This document shows positions 32,846-45,754 of a stretch of DNA of 64,000 nt, one piece after another. A program made the position numbers and the translations under genes. Position 1 is the stretch's first letter. Each line of letters begins with the position of its first letter. The DNA is from Picochlorum sp. SENEW3 (lineage: Eukaryota). The stretch lies in the NCBI GenBank assembly GCA_034226945.1, contig CP120457.1, positions 496,001 through 560,000 of the forward strand, read 5' to 3'. The notes beneath the pieces are model-generated. The model had not been told where the DNA came from, did not search any database, and saw only the letters and a list, made by a program, of their open reading frames with translations.

Positions 32846-35800
32846 ATGACAATGGTTGCCAGGGAGACGTGCCATGCGACGACAATGCATGGGGTCGGAA
32901 GTACTGCATTTCTGCATGACAAAAAGCTTGATATTGACCAGTATGTGATTTTTGGTTCTATAAAAGTGACACTTAATGGTATTGTGTAGACGCATTGTAA
33001 CGACATTGTTGTTTGTAGGCAAGTAGAGCAGGCTCTAGAGTTTTTTAAAGAAAGGCAGCATGATTCGGCTGGGGCGGGGCGTGGTTCGTTTGCGATGCTT
33101 CAAAGGTACTATTGTAGAGATATGTTGGAGTGGTTGTTTGCGAAAGGATTGTCGACCAGGGTATGGGATCGATTGGATGATGTGGCAAGGGGTCGTGTGT
33201 GGGAATTGTTTGGGCTGGTTCTTTCGGATGAGTCGGTTGTTGCTGGTGGGTTTGTCTTTCCCAGTGCGGTGACGACAGGACTGATACATGCGATATCGAA
33301 TGGTGCGGAGGGAGAAGGATATTCTGCTGTGTTGCATCATGTGGGGGCAGTGGTTGATATACTAGCTACCAAATTTCGGAAAGAGTTTGTGATTCATTTG
33401 GAGCATGCTGTGACTGTATTGGAATCTGCTTTGATAGTATATAAGGAATGGAAAGGAAAGGGGAAGGATAGTGCCGCGCGTGTCTTGGAAGCTGTGAGTG
33501 GATTGTATATTGCTCATATGGAGCGTTATGTGCATGAGAAGAAGGTTTGGGAGGCGATTGTTGTGCGTCATCTCGGCATTATCTGTGAGATATGTTTTGG
33601 GTCATGTGATCCAAGAATAAAGAAGAATCTTGAAGTCATACTGTCGCATGCCATGTTTTCAAGGGAATCATTGTTGGGGCTACACCAATTGTTGGTGGAG
33701 GGTGAGGGTGGAAGCGAGCAGGGCCACTATACCCGCAAACTTTTTTCTTCAGTAGATGTTATGGTTCAAAATGCTGTCAAAGATGGCAATAACGAAAGGC
33801 TGTGGAGGGCTCTTGAAGGGTTTTTGCCTTGGTTGGTGCTGGTATTTGTCAGGGAATTGGAGTCGAGGCAGGTTGAGAAGAAATCTTCCGATATATTGTT
33901 ATTTGATCGGTGTGTACGTCTCATGATGAAAAAATCGAATGACTCTATTTTGGCCAGGCAGTATGCAGCGTGTGTTTTGGCTTTGATCTCAAGGATGCCA
34001 GAACTGGGGATTTACAGACCAACAGAGCAAGGCAGCAGGGTTTTGTTGACGAATATGGTGGATGCGGTGGTGGATTTTGCTTTTGAAGTAGGTTTGACGT
34101 GGCAATCGGACAGTGATATCGTATCGTTGTGTATTGAGATGGTCACAGGAATTGTGGTTGTTGAGCACAGGGGAGTTGAAGAGAGGTTGGGTGATTTTTG
34201 GGCTCTCGTTGACACTGGATATTGTGAGAGGACACGTAGTTCAATTTCTATGTGTCTCTCTACCATTATGAAAGAATATAGTGCGTTGAGACGGCTAGAT
34301 GTGTTATTGGATTCTTGCTTTCGTGCCATGAGCAGAGAGCAAAGTCATGTGTGGCATGTGATGCATGAGGAAACTGTCGTACAGTCTATTCAAATATCTG
34401 TGGGTAGAATTTTGAGTGGTCAATCTATAGTCGTCATCGAGATGTTGTGGAGGCATCTGTCAAATTTGAGACTCGGTGATCCTGTTTCCATCGTGTCACT
34501 GACTTGCTTGATTCTTCATGCATTGCCTCTGGACCTTAATAATGCGGAAAAGGTAGCAAATTCGCTACAAGAATTGCTACATAGTATATATGAGCCTTTG
34601 AAGGAATCCATCGCAAAGAGCGACGTGGATGTGATGAGTTCTTTGCTGGTTGTCCAGGGAGAGGTCATGGATTTGCATGCTCAATGCTGCAGGAGAGATC
34701 CCAATATCAAGCCTTTATGGGGGCAGAATACTCGCCCAGAGTTTGAGTCATATCATAGTGTGTTCAATACTGATACGCATGTGTTGGACTTGTATATTAC
34801 ATCTGAGGATGATGCTGAGCACCACTCCCTACCACTGGATAGTCTCGTGCAACTCTGCACCTCATTGGAGGTGGAGCCTTTCTCACGATTGGCATATGCA
34901 TTGATGCTAACGATTAAAACGTGTATGATTGTATTGAGTGAAGTGCGACAGTATTTTCTACACATCTCCTCAAGGATGGTATCAGACGAAGGACAGCAGA
35001 AGGAAATTCAAAATCTGTTTGACATTGCAATGCAAATCTTCAAGGAGACAGAAGCGAGGACTGATGACTATGATGACATAAGCGACAACCTATTCAGAAA
35101 TTTAAATCAGCGCAATGTCCTCGGGCAACTTGTCAAGCTATTTGATGCTGATTCGCAATGGGTTCGAACAGCCCTTGAGTGTGCCAAGCCAGCTGCAAAA
35201 ATGTACTTCATCAGACTTCTTCTTTCGCATGAAACGTTTAGGTTGCCCAAAGCAGATTTCTGGAATCATCACGTAGATATTCTCGTTGAAATATCACGAG
35301 GCAAAATTCTCGAGGTGACAAGGTATGCTTCCATAATAGTAGCCCTATGTTTATTGTTATTCTCTTCATGGCCACGAACGTTGACCTATACCAAACGTGC
35401 TCCTGTATATATATACAGATATCTCGAGAAGAAAAACTCAAAAAGCAAAGAGAAGAAGCAGAAGAAGAGTAAGAAGAGAAAGATAGGTGATGAGGCATTC
35501 GACATGCACTCTGCATTGCTACTTTTCCCACAGGCATCCATGAATGAATGGAAACTTGGCAATGGTGGCAGAGATTTAGAGAAAGCGTTGACCTGGATGA
35601 TCTCTCATACAAATGATCACAGCGAGTATCCAGTCAAGGGTAAAAAATTCAGTGACATTGTCCTGAGAGGATATGCAGAAATAACCCTTTTATGTCAACT
35701 GCATCATGTTCAAGATGACGTGTTTGGGTTCATCCAGAGTGTATGCTTCTCTGACTTGTTCTATTGTGCTTTGATTCTTTCCACGACAACTGATATTCAC

Positions 35801-37834
35801 ATACATGATTCTGTCAAATCTCACATGACGGAAGCAATGAGAACTTTAGAGAGAACTTTGCATGTGGATAGCCCAGGACAATGCACTAGCATTCATGCAT
35901 GTCCCACAAACATCTTGTCTCTCTTCTTAACGTGGATAGAAAGTTCAATAGAGCGACACGATGCTGAATCCAACCAAAATATTTTGACACTACACCAAAA
36001 GGTCGTGGGTGACATTTTTAATGCAAGAGCATTGCAGAAATGTTTGCTTGAAGTTCCTCAGTTTGCAAAACCCACATTGAGAGGAACTGATTTGGGGATC
36101 ATCCAAGGCTTCAGCAGAGCACTTCAGAATGAATCGATACGGATTGAACTACAAACTACAAAAGAATTTCAAACTGCCCTTAAAACCTTGGTAGGACAAA
36201 TGCAAGACGCTGTCAGCAACGCAAGACAGCCTTCCCATCTCTGTGGCATTGCATCATGTGCAGCACATGTATTGGATGCAGCAGTGGTATGCCAGGACAG
36301 TTCAATTCGAGAATTAATATTTCCACCAGCACCCGAAGTATTCAAGGCATGTTCTCGAGTTTCCACTCCCGCGTTGCTACCATTCAAAGAAAATCAGTCT
36401 GCATGCCTCCTGGACATTGTCCTCTTCATGAGAACATTCTCCAAATTAACGTCATGCAGCAAGCCTCGAGTGTCGTGGGAAGGATATGCAAATCTTTTAT
36501 CTATATTGGTGATCAATCTGGTGCATTGTCCACCATCTGTCGGGCAGGGATACATGAGTCGACCAAATGCACCAAAGGAGGCATCTCTCTTTGTGGCAGC
36601 ATCAGACATGGAATCCTCCACAGGAATGATCCGTCGACAATTGCTCAATGCCATCGCGGTCCTATTCAACAGTAGCACAAGAAAAGAATGCACAGCTGTG
36701 TTTGAAGCCATCAAGATATTTATGAATGATGACTCGAGGTTTCGATGCACTGTGGGATGTGGTGTGTACCCATTGGAGTTGCTCCTCCTTCTCCTCGAAG
36801 ATACAGGAAATGGGGTATTAAAGGAATTGATGCATCATCAAGTGGATACCATTATGATCAGTCTTCTTCAGGACCAGAATAGATACATTAGACAGGGGAT
36901 CCATGAAGAAGAAGAAGCACACTCTATACCCATACCATCTTCTCAGCTATTTGATAGAGTACGAAACACCCTTTTGAATGACCATGACAGACGCATGTCA
37001 GAAGACGTTTCGTCATCATCTTTAAATCCAGATGATACGGCAGGAGTAGACACTATCCATCTCGCATTTGCCACCAATATGCGATGTCTTGAATCCATCC
37101 TCTGCAGACCAAGGATGTTCAAAAAGCTTCCTAGCAGGCTGATTCCATCAGCCATGTCCCAGGTCCAATACACCGTGGAATGTCTGATGCTGCATCCAAT
37201 ATCCAGATTTACAGGAAAGGCACAGGAGGCAAGCTTTTCCAATGCATGCCATCTCTTCATAGGCATCATTCGCCATCACCCAGATGTCTTGGCACGCGCC
37301 ATGCACATCATGGCATCAGCCATCAGCAGCCTCCAGGATACGCTCGCCGCACGTTTTATATACAGTCACGTCAGCAGCAAAAGCAGCGAGGAGCTCCAGC
37401 CGTCGACACACCTCATGGAATGCTTCAGTAGGGTACTTGAAGAATTTGGAAAGACCAAAGCAGTGCAGCAATACTGTTCAGATCTACTCATCAACCATAT
37501 CAAATATTTCGCCTGCCCTCTCACACCTGGATCATTGAAGCACATGGCGGCCAAAATGCAGTGCTCAGAGATGTTAACCAAGGCCAAATACCCATCATCA
37601 GATCTCCTCCCCACAAAGGCAATGCTCATAGGCACCATGTGTGTCCCTCTAGAACTTCAAAAACTCCTGACCCCGGGAATATGTGCCTTGTATGGGGCAT
37701 GTGCTGTTGAACATGTACAGACCATCTATGCTGCCTTGGGCCAAGGCCACGATGGATCCTCAGTATGGAGATCTGCATTGAGCAACCTCAAGGTGGTCTA
37801 TGAAAAGCATTTCAAGTACATTGGTAAAGTGTAA
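32846..37834 (+). CDS. URB2: Nucleolar pre-ribosome factor Urb2/Npa2; introns 32941-33018 and 35323-35418
   Basis: Large helical protein ending LTPGICALYGAC...LSNLKVVYEKHFKYIGKV, the Urb2 C-terminal signature. The 5' exon splices in frame; the start ATG is uncertain. Confidence 0.8.
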
Positions 37835-37889
37835 TCACGCCCTTCTCTGTGTCCATTTTTTTTCCTCTTATTTTCATCCAAAAAAAATT

Positions 37890-39503
37890 ATGACATATCG
37901 TGTGTTCAGAGAGACTCTGGCTTCCAGTTTCAGAGTCAACAACAACTCCATTCCATTGTCGAGGATTGTACCTCGTACTACAACAGGGCTACAAAGGGGA
38001 AGAACCAGATGTCTTACAAATCAAAAACTCATTTTTCATGCTCATGGAAGGGAGGATGGTGCCATTGACTGTGTCGAGTCCAAGGGTTTGTGGGGTTTTT
38101 CAAAGCACGTCGGGGCTGCCTGTTTGGCCTTTTTCCTCACGTGTATGCCTGCTTCTGCGGAGAAGGCTCTGACTGTTCCTGCAGCCAAGACTCAGGAGCT
38201 CTTCAATGTACAGAGGACAATGGTGGAGGCATGGACGATCATTCAGGATGCGTTTGTTGATCAAACGTTCAACCATAAAAATTGGGAGGATCAGCTGGAG
38301 AGTCATTTGATTGCTGTGTCTCGTGCCCAGACGCGGGATCAGGGCATCAAAGAGTTGAAATCTTTGATTTCAGATTTGCAGGATCCCTATACAAGATGGG
38401 TATCTGCTGATGAGTACAGGGATTTTTTGGTGGACACGGAGGGGGAGATTGGGGGCGTAGGTCTTTTGATTGCAAATGATCCGACGACAGGACGGTTGCT
38501 TGTGCTTGCGCCGATTGCTGGGTCGCCTGCAGACAAAGCAGGGATTCACCCCGGGGACGAATTGATATCGATCAATGGGTCTGCCATTCAGGGGTTGGAT
38601 AATGAGGCTACTGCTGCACAGCTTCGAGGGACCCAAGGGTCTTCGGTCGATGTGGAGATTGCCCGGGTTACTGGAACTGTGCCTGGTGAGGTTGGTGGTA
38701 AAATGAGTGAAGAGAACCGATCACAACGTAAAAAATTTCGGCTAAAGAGGGAACGTGTCCAACTCTCCCCAATATTTGCTACAGCCGTTCATACATCTGA
38801 TGATCATACCTATGGATACATTCGACTGGTAAATTTCAGTCAGAAAGCGTCAGAGGAGATGAAAAAGGCAGTTCAACAGCTTGTGAAGGACGGTAGTGAG
38901 GGCTTTATTGTCGATTTGCGTAATAACCCGGGAGGCCTTGTCAGTTCAGCTCTTGAAGTGGCCAGTCTGTGGATTGATGGGGAGCAGCGGCCTACCGTCT
39001 TCTCTATCGAATCGAAAGATTCAGAACCGCAATCTGTGAAATTATTTGGCACGCATGCTCTCACCGACCTACCACTGACGGTCCTTGTGAATGGACAGTC
39101 TGCATCAGCATCTGAAATCCTTGCTGGTGCGTTGAAGGATTCCAACCGTGGGGATGTGATTGGAGAAACAACCTTTGGAAAAGGAAAAATACAGTCGGTA
39201 TTCGAACTATCTGATGGGTCAGCATTGTTTGTGACTGTCGCAAAGTATGTCACGCCGAATGGAACAAATATTGATAGGGAAGGTATACATCCCAGTTTCT
39301 CGTGCTCCTTGGAGGCAGGTACTCCACGGACGAGTGCTGGTATTCCAATCGCGCCTGGATTGGTTGGAACAGATTCAAATATTATGGAAGAGCTCGAGAG
39401 CGATGCATGTGTCAAGACGGCAGAGTCTGATCTCTCTCGTAGGCTTTCTTCAACTACTACCACTGCTGCTGCTGCCACACACAAAATGACCACAACAATG
39501 TAG
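37890..39503 (+). CDS. CTPA3: Thylakoid-lumen C-terminal processing peptidase (S41A), CTPA3-like
   Basis: Bipartite transit peptide, QRTMVEAW...FVDQTFNH, DPYTR, PDZ domain, DLRNNPGG, ASASEILAGAL, TFGKGKIQ. Confidence 0.88.
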   Translation: MTYRVFRETLASSFRVNNNSIPLSRIVPRTTTGLQRGRTRCLTNQKLIFHAHGREDGAIDCVESKGLWGFSKHVGAACLAFFLTCMPASAEKALTVPAAKTQELFNVQRTMVEAWTIIQDAFVDQTFNHKNWEDQLESHLIAVSRAQTRDQGIKELKSLISDLQDPYTRWVSADEYRDFLVDTEGEIGGVGLLIANDPTTGRLLVLAPIAGSPADKAGIHPGDELISINGSAIQGLDNEATAAQLRGTQGSSVDVEIARVTGTVPGEVGGKMSEENRSQRKKFRLKRERVQLSPIFATAVHTSDDHTYGYIRLVNFSQKASEEMKKAVQQLVKDGSEGFIVDLRNNPGGLVSSALEVASLWIDGEQRPTVFSIESKDSEPQSVKLFGTHALTDLPLTVLVNGQSASASEILAGALKDSNRGDVIGETTFGKGKIQSVFELSDGSALFVTVAKYVTPNGTNIDREGIHPSFSCSLEAGTPRTSAGIPIAPGLVGTDSNIMEELESDACVKTAESDLSRRLSSTTTTAAAATHKMTTTM

Positions 39504-39605
39504 CATACTTGATCGTGTACACTAGTGCTTCAACGACGATGGGAAATTTTCAAACATTGTATCATATTTTTATACACTGTACAGGACGAATTTTTATGAA
39601 TGTAA

Positions 39606-40555
39606 ATGATGGCTGGTACAAACATGGTCCAGACATGGCATGGAGGAGCACTCGGACAGGGTTTTGGTGCCATGCGTAGAAGATGTCGCATGCCTTTGGT
39701 TTCTCATGATGTGCATTTGAATATAGGGGCATGGAAAGATTCACAGGTACATCCATCGCGGCATTGTCTGTCACATTCCCCAAGATTGACATGCCACAGC
39801 AGTCGTACGTCAATGTCTCAACAGATGCGCCATCACCCAAAGAATGTGTGGTATATAATGGCATATATATTGATTATGCAGTAGTATCATCGCCAATACT
39901 TGGTTCTATTGCTGATGCTGCAAGTCTGAAGACTGTGACAGCAGTTATTGTAGGGTGGTTGGTTATAGCTGGGTCCTCAGTGCGCTCATTGCCCCAGATA
40001 CTTAGAATCATGCGAAATAAGAGTGTAGAAGGACTCTCTGCAGTATCTTTTGGGTCCGAATTAATGGCATTTATGATCACAATAGCCTATAATGTGAGAT
40101 TCATGTATCCTCTGAGTACATGGGGTGAGACATTGACAAATGGAATTCAGCACGCTGTTTTGGTCGGCATGATATTCTTTTACAACAAGGATATAAAGAG
40201 ACAGTCGAAGATACTGACGGTGCTTGGCATGGTTGCCGGAGTCTCATTCTTGTTCTCCCATGGATGCTCTGATGCCATCTTGAGATGGTTGCAGAGCCTC
40301 GTCATTGTCATTTTAGCCGTCTTTGGAAGAATTCCTCAGATTGTATTAAATTTGAGGCGCGGAAATAGTGGAGAATTGTCGTTCATGTCGACATTCTTGT
40401 CCGTCTTGGGGAATGTTGCCAGAGTCTTTACAACGTGGGCACTGGTCAATGATGGCATCATTATGGCGACGGCCATATCTCAGTTGATTCTGAATTCGAT
40501 TTTACTCGGACAAATCTTGGATACAATGAAACAAGAGCGTGTTATTCATGCGTGA
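39606..40555 (+). CDS. PQ-loop (MPDU1-like) membrane protein with a transit-like N-terminus; intron 39805-39881
   Basis: SLPQILRIMRNKSVEGLS and GRIPQIVLNLRRGNSGELS are two PQ loops; YPLSTWGE is also present. Confidence 0.85.
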
Positions 40556-40603
40556 TGGTTGAAGTATTACATTCTGTCTGTACAGTAGGAGTGGTAGTAT
40601 CAA

Positions 40604-41312
40604 TCAGTGATGACAGTGTCTGCTGTATTTTTCTCTCATATGTTTCTCAAAAGCTCTTGACTTTTTTGCAATATTCTTTAGGGATGATGATCTATAGAAT
40701 GGGGTATGCTTGGTGAGTACATTGGTGTCATCGTCGTCGGCATGATCCTTGGGCATGTCAGCACAACTACTGTCACCAAGGCAATCAGACACAAATTTCT
40801 GCACCAAACCAAAAAAAAATGCATACGACGTTATGGATATATGAGAAAACGCATGGATATGTACATATTTGAATAATGATGAAGAGATATCAATACGTCG
40901 TATGATGAGAATGCAAGAATCGTCGTACCTGAACTCGCCAGTCAGATTCCAACCATGCCAGAGTGGCACTTCTCCATTCTTCCTCAATGTCCAACCTTTT
41001 CTTTACCCGTGTCAATTCGGCTTCTAAAACCTCATTTTCTCTTCTCAATACTTCAAAATCATCCACGAGATCTTGTATATACACTGAACTCGGAATCTCA
41101 CGAGACTCGTGGGTCTCTTTCTGTGTTTTGATAGAATTCTCTGACAACAGACGCACTTGATCCTTCAACGACGCAATTGTTGCATTCTGATCCACGCATT
41201 TTTGCCGGTACATGTTCAAAATCTTCTCCAAACTCTCCAGGACACGGCTTGTGTGGTGACCCCCAACACGCTCACCTCCTCCTCCTCCTCCATGAGGATG
41301 ATGACTGTACAT
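40604..41312 (-). CDS. Small coiled-coil hypothetical protein; exons 41312-40929 and 40798-40604
   Basis: Two ORFs joined in frame at CAG|GTACGA...CAG|AAA; heptad-rich sequence. Confidence 0.6.
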
Positions 41313-41660
41313 GGAGAGGCTGGTACAGACTTTTTCTTCTCGTTTCCTCACCACGTGCGAGACGTATACAAGATATCAACCTTGGACAGATTTTCTTATG
41401 AATCAGTATTGTATGTATTCCTCAATATCTGAGGAATAGCGAGCCCATCAGTTGAGTTGGTCAACCCTTGGACTTTGGGCATCACATCGTTCCTTCAAGT
41501 CTTCAAAGGAAGGGTTACAGACCCACAGCATGGGAAAGGGCCATATATCATCCCATATCCGCTCTTCTACGTACAGAAACAGTACATAATTTTCATAATA
41601 AACGAGCACTGATGAAGATACCCACTCATCAGGTTGCTTTGTAGCTGTCGAGTATGACAC

Positions 41661-44057
41661 ATGCGGCATGTTGTTGTCAGATGTTGCGCGATGACGGGCG
41701 TCAGGTGCACATATTCCATTACGTGTGACAGATATGGTACATCGTATGGCATGATTCGTAAACAAGCATATCAGAAGGGCCGAGCGTTGTTCAAATCGCG
41801 GTATTACTATAGACATGTCACACATCGACAAGGCGAGACAGGTTTTCGTCCTCTTGGGGAAGAACTGCGTCGCTTTGTTTCAACATCAGCATCAAATGAG
41901 GAGGAGTTGAATTTTACAGAGTATAAGGCGGAAATAAACAGTGCCTATTGGGAGACCCGTCCTGTGGCTGTCACGCAACGACTGGTGGAGGTGGGTGCTT
42001 CCCTTGGGTCTTGGTTTGCAACTGGTAGCATGCTTGGGGAGAGTCCACAGGAGCGTGCTAGTCGATTAAAGCGAATACTGACTCAGCTCGGTCCAGCGTA
42101 TATCAAGATTGGTCAGGCAATCTCTAGTAGACCAGATGTTCTCTCTCCTGTATTCCTAGGAGAGCTGGAGAAACTTCAGGATAGATTACCTCCATTTTCG
42201 ACCGATGAAGCGCTCAAGGTAATTGAAGAGGAGTATGGGAAATCTCCAGATAAAGTTTTTCAGAGTCTCTCACCAGAGCCCGTGGCAGCTGCATCTCTAG
42301 GGCAAGTCTACAAGGGGATACTGTACGATGGAACAGAGGTAGCGGTCAAGGTTCAGCGACCAGGGGTCGCAAAGTCCATCTCATTGGATGTACTTGTATT
42401 GAGAAGATTGGCGATTCAAGTAAGAGCATGGAGGAAATTGAATACAAACTTGCCTTTGCTGATTGATGAGTGGGCTGCATCCTTGTTCAAAGAATTAGAT
42501 TACAGGCAAGAGGCACAGAACGGTATCAAATTCAAAGAGTTATACAGTCATTTAGACGGAGTCTATGTTCCTAAAATGTACTCTGAGTTGACAACGAGAA
42601 GGGTTCTTGTCATGGAATGGATTGATGGAGAACGGTTGAGTTCAGCCACAGCTGGGTCCAGAGATGTGTTGGATGACATACGACTTGTCGAGGTTGGAGT
42701 GCGGTGCTCGTTGGAGCAACTCCTTGAGTATGGATTTTACCATGCGGATCCCCATCCAGGTAATCTGCTTAGAACACGGGACGGTAAACTAGCCTATTTG
42801 GATTTTGGTATGGTCGGTGAAGTGGATGAGAAAATTCGCAGGGGGTTGATCCGTGCAACATTGCATTTAGTCAATAGAGAGTACCAGTCCCTCGCAGATG
42901 ATTTTATCACGCTAGGCATGTTACCTGAGGATTCTGATAAGGAGAAGATTGTACCGGCATTGACTGGAGTGTTTGCAGAGGCTCTTGCTGGAGGAGTGAA
43001 TAACCTATCCTTCGGGGACTTATCGTCAAACCTGGGAAGAACTATGTACGAGTTTAAATTCCAAATTCCTTCGTATTACACCCTGCTGGTGAGGTCAATG
43101 TCAGTCTTGGAAGGGATTGCATTGAGGAGTGACCCAAACTACAAAGTACTTGCATCTGCATATCCATGGGTGGCGCGGCGGTTGCTGACTGATACGTCAT
43201 CTGAGTTACGTGATACACTACTTGCTCTGTTGTACAAGGACGGTAAGTTGAACTTTAAGAGAATGCAATCTCTTTTGACCCAGTCAACCCGGTCAACTGG
43301 GCTCCCTCAAAGGCCAAAAGGTGCCCCAGAGGGATCACCTCCACCACGCGGTGATGCATTAGCCTTATTGCTATCTCCGAAAGCAAATTTTATCAGGGAT
43401 ATAGTGATCAATGAGCTTGGTAAAGGCACGGATGCAGCTTGGAGAGTGTCGGTTGACAGTATAGTCATGGGTGCATACAATGAGCTCTACAGCACCATGG
43501 TGTCCTCTGGTGATCCACAATCCCTTCCTTTTCTAAGGAATATATTGGAATTTTTAACACAAATTCCGAAGTTATCAGATGATGAGGACGTGGAGCAAAT
43601 AGATGGCCTTCAAGCACTTGTACAGACATTGCAAAAGACATCAGCAGCACAACAAGCTTCCTCTTCATTCTCGACTGGAGGCGAGACAGAGGCAAAAGAA
43701 AAGACGGAAACATCAAGCAGGTGTACTTTAGAAGATCAGATACAGTCATTTGTTTCGTTTGTGGAATGGTCCATCAAGGAAGCTCAGACTCTGGATCAGG
43801 AGGAGAGACTCCAGGCTGCAAAGTTACCATTTGATGTAGCACAGAATGCGTCGAATCGGATTATAGCTCGTGCCGTCAGATGGTTTTTTACGGAAGAATC
43901 TACGGAAGAATCACAATCGCGGTCACCGACCACTGTAGTCAGAAGCATGCCACAAATGAGACAGACGACACCCCATGCCTCCATCCAAAAGAGGTACATG
44001 TTTGGCTCTGATGATTTCCGTAAATCTATGTTTCGCCCCAAGGATTTTGGTGTCTAA
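41661..44057 (+). CDS. ABC1K: ABC1/UbiB atypical kinase, plastid type (ABC1K5-like)
   Basis: LGPAYIKIGQAISSRPD, AAASLGQVYK, VAVKVQRPG, FYHADPHPGN, LDFGM. The start may be a downstream ATG. Confidence 0.93.
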   Translation: MRHVVVRCCAMTGVRCTYSITCDRYGTSYGMIRKQAYQKGRALFKSRYYYRHVTHRQGETGFRPLGEELRRFVSTSASNEEELNFTEYKAEINSAYWETRPVAVTQRLVEVGASLGSWFATGSMLGESPQERASRLKRILTQLGPAYIKIGQAISSRPDVLSPVFLGELEKLQDRLPPFSTDEALKVIEEEYGKSPDKVFQSLSPEPVAAASLGQVYKGILYDGTEVAVKVQRPGVAKSISLDVLVLRRLAIQVRAWRKLNTNLPLLIDEWAASLFKELDYRQEAQNGIKFKELYSHLDGVYVPKMYSELTTRRVLVMEWIDGERLSSATAGSRDVLDDIRLVEVGVRCSLEQLLEYGFYHADPHPGNLLRTRDGKLAYLDFGMVGEVDEKIRRGLIRATLHLVNREYQSLADDFITLGMLPEDSDKEKIVPALTGVFAEALAGGVNNLSFGDLSSNLGRTMYEFKFQIPSYYTLLVRSMSVLEGIALRSDPNYKVLASAYPWVARRLLTDTSSELRDTLLALLYKDGKLNFKRMQSLLTQSTRSTGLPQRPKGAPEGSPPPRGDALALLLSPKANFIRDIVINELGKGTDAAWRVSVDSIVMGAYNELYSTMVSSGDPQSLPFLRNILEFLTQIPKLSDDEDVEQIDGLQALVQTLQKTSAAQQASSSFSTGGETEAKEKTETSSRCTLEDQIQSFVSFVEWSIKEAQTLDQEERLQAAKLPFDVAQNASNRIIARAVRWFFTEESTEESQSRSPTTVVRSMPQMRQTTPHASIQKRYMFGSDDFRKSMFRPKDFGV

Positions 44058-44473
44058 TTTATTTATAATCATAAGCATGGGTTTGTAATGTATTGATGAA
44101 CATATCCCCATGCCGAGAGGAGGATTTGTTTGACATGAAAGTCAATTTGTACTACCTTCATTTGCCCACAGAAGATTGCTCACTCTCCAGCGATAAAATC
44201 AACGTGGATTCCAGTTTAACAGTCCACAAAAGTTACATTGGGTATGAAAGACAAAGGTCATGGATTCAATGACAACAACATTGTTGATTGATTATAGGCA
44301 GGTTTCTACTGGCACTATAGTTTGGCAAGTTTCCTTCAATGGAACAGAATAAACAATCTTCATGAAATCAAATCTTCGTATCTACATGTACTGTGAGGAG
44401 ACATAGATTCTTGATATATCGTCACTATACCACTCACTCATGGTGGGGAGCATGTCAAGCTTGAGAGGAGCAC

Positions 44474-45649
44474 TTAGTTGCATGGATCTGTGTCTTCAAG
44501 CCACTCAATCAACAGACTTTTATTGGCATCACTGATCCTTGTGGCAATATTATACTGTGTTGACGAAGCGGATTGGATGGCAATAACACGTCTGTAATTG
44601 CTGGATGGCGTGTAGAGGTAAATCGGACTTCCACTCTGACCACCAGTGGTATCTATTCTGTGATACAGGACTCGACTATCGTCTGGTGTGATGGACACTT
44701 CCCCACTTGCCCGCCATTGCCCACGCCTGATCTTGCCACCTACATCTGCAGGATATCCTGCAGTGTTCACAGTAGTTCCAGCGGCTGGATTGTCTATCAC
44801 AAGTGGCATATACGTCTTTGCACTGGGAGCCATTTGAGGGCTGAAGAACAAAGCGCCGTAATCATATTCTGGACAGACAGAGTTCCCAGCCTCCATACAT
44901 TCTGTATTCTTTGTGTTGGTAGATATTCTGCAGGAGGAAAGCTGCTGGAATATTTTATTCTCTGTTTGCCCTGGGAAAATTTTAGCATCCTTTGAAAATC
45001 CAGTTTCACCATTAAAAACACAATGTCCACTTGTCAGTGCCATGTGAGGAGCTACAATGAATGCTGTGCACCTGTAATCATCTGTGCCACTCTTAAAACT
45101 CATGAATGAAACCACATTGAACGGAAAGTTTTGCGTATTGGAGACTTCTACTCGATCATCTGGTGGAAAGACAGTACGAGAATTCCCAGATCCTGTTGAG
45201 TTTCCAAACATGGTGACGTTTGGCAAAATGTCACTTTCGGAAATTCCTTGGTCTGGAGAATCATCGTTCTCCAGCAGGACTGCAATACCGCCGTCCCAAA
45301 CTGGATCCAGAGGAATATCTTGCGCCATTTCTGCCATCAATTTCTCCTGTTCTTCTGGTGAGACCAGAGGAAAATCATATTCCTCTTCTTCCCATCTCGC
45401 AGATCTCGCAAGCAGATTCTCTGCCTCCTCCTTGTCCAGAACCTTTTGATACGGCCGTTCAAGCTTGATGCACACAGAATTATTTCCCATCTCGTACTCT
45501 TCCCACAAGTGTAAAGAGTCATCAATTACCTGGAGAACCTCGTATGAGGGAGTCATCAGCCGCAGGCGAGACTCTTGGCACGAGGGGAACACTCCTGCCT
45601 GTGCCCAGGAGCAGAGGTGAAGAATCGTCAGAACGAGCAAGAATTGCAT
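44474..45649 (-). CDS. Secreted chymotrypsin-fold serine protease, bacterial V8/Mpr glutamyl-endopeptidase-like (S1B)
   Basis: Signal peptide MQFLLVLTILHLCSWAQA, acidic propeptide, mature start VFPPDDRVEVSNTQNFPF, and catalytic triad LTSGHC / YDYG / DTTGGQSGSP. Confidence 0.85.
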   Translation of the reverse strand: MQFLLVLTILHLCSWAQAGVFPSCQESRLRLMTPSYEVLQVIDDSLHLWEEYEMGNNSVCIKLERPYQKVLDKEEAENLLARSARWEEEEYDFPLVSPEEQEKLMAEMAQDIPLDPVWDGGIAVLLENDDSPDQGISESDILPNVTMFGNSTGSGNSRTVFPPDDRVEVSNTQNFPFNVVSFMSFKSGTDDYRCTAFIVAPHMALTSGHCVFNGETGFSKDAKIFPGQTENKIFQQLSSCRISTNTKNTECMEAGNSVCPEYDYGALFFSPQMAPSAKTYMPLVIDNPAAGTTVNTAGYPADVGGKIRRGQWRASGEVSITPDDSRVLYHRIDTTGGQSGSPIYLYTPSSNYRRVIAIQSASSTQYNIATRISDANKSLLIEWLEDTDPCN

Positions 45650-45754
45650 GTCGTGCGGATACTCTTTGTTTCTCAAGTACTACTTGTTATGAATTATTTG
45701 GTATGAATAATATTTATCTGTGGGAAACAACGCTCTACGATCATCTATACATGC

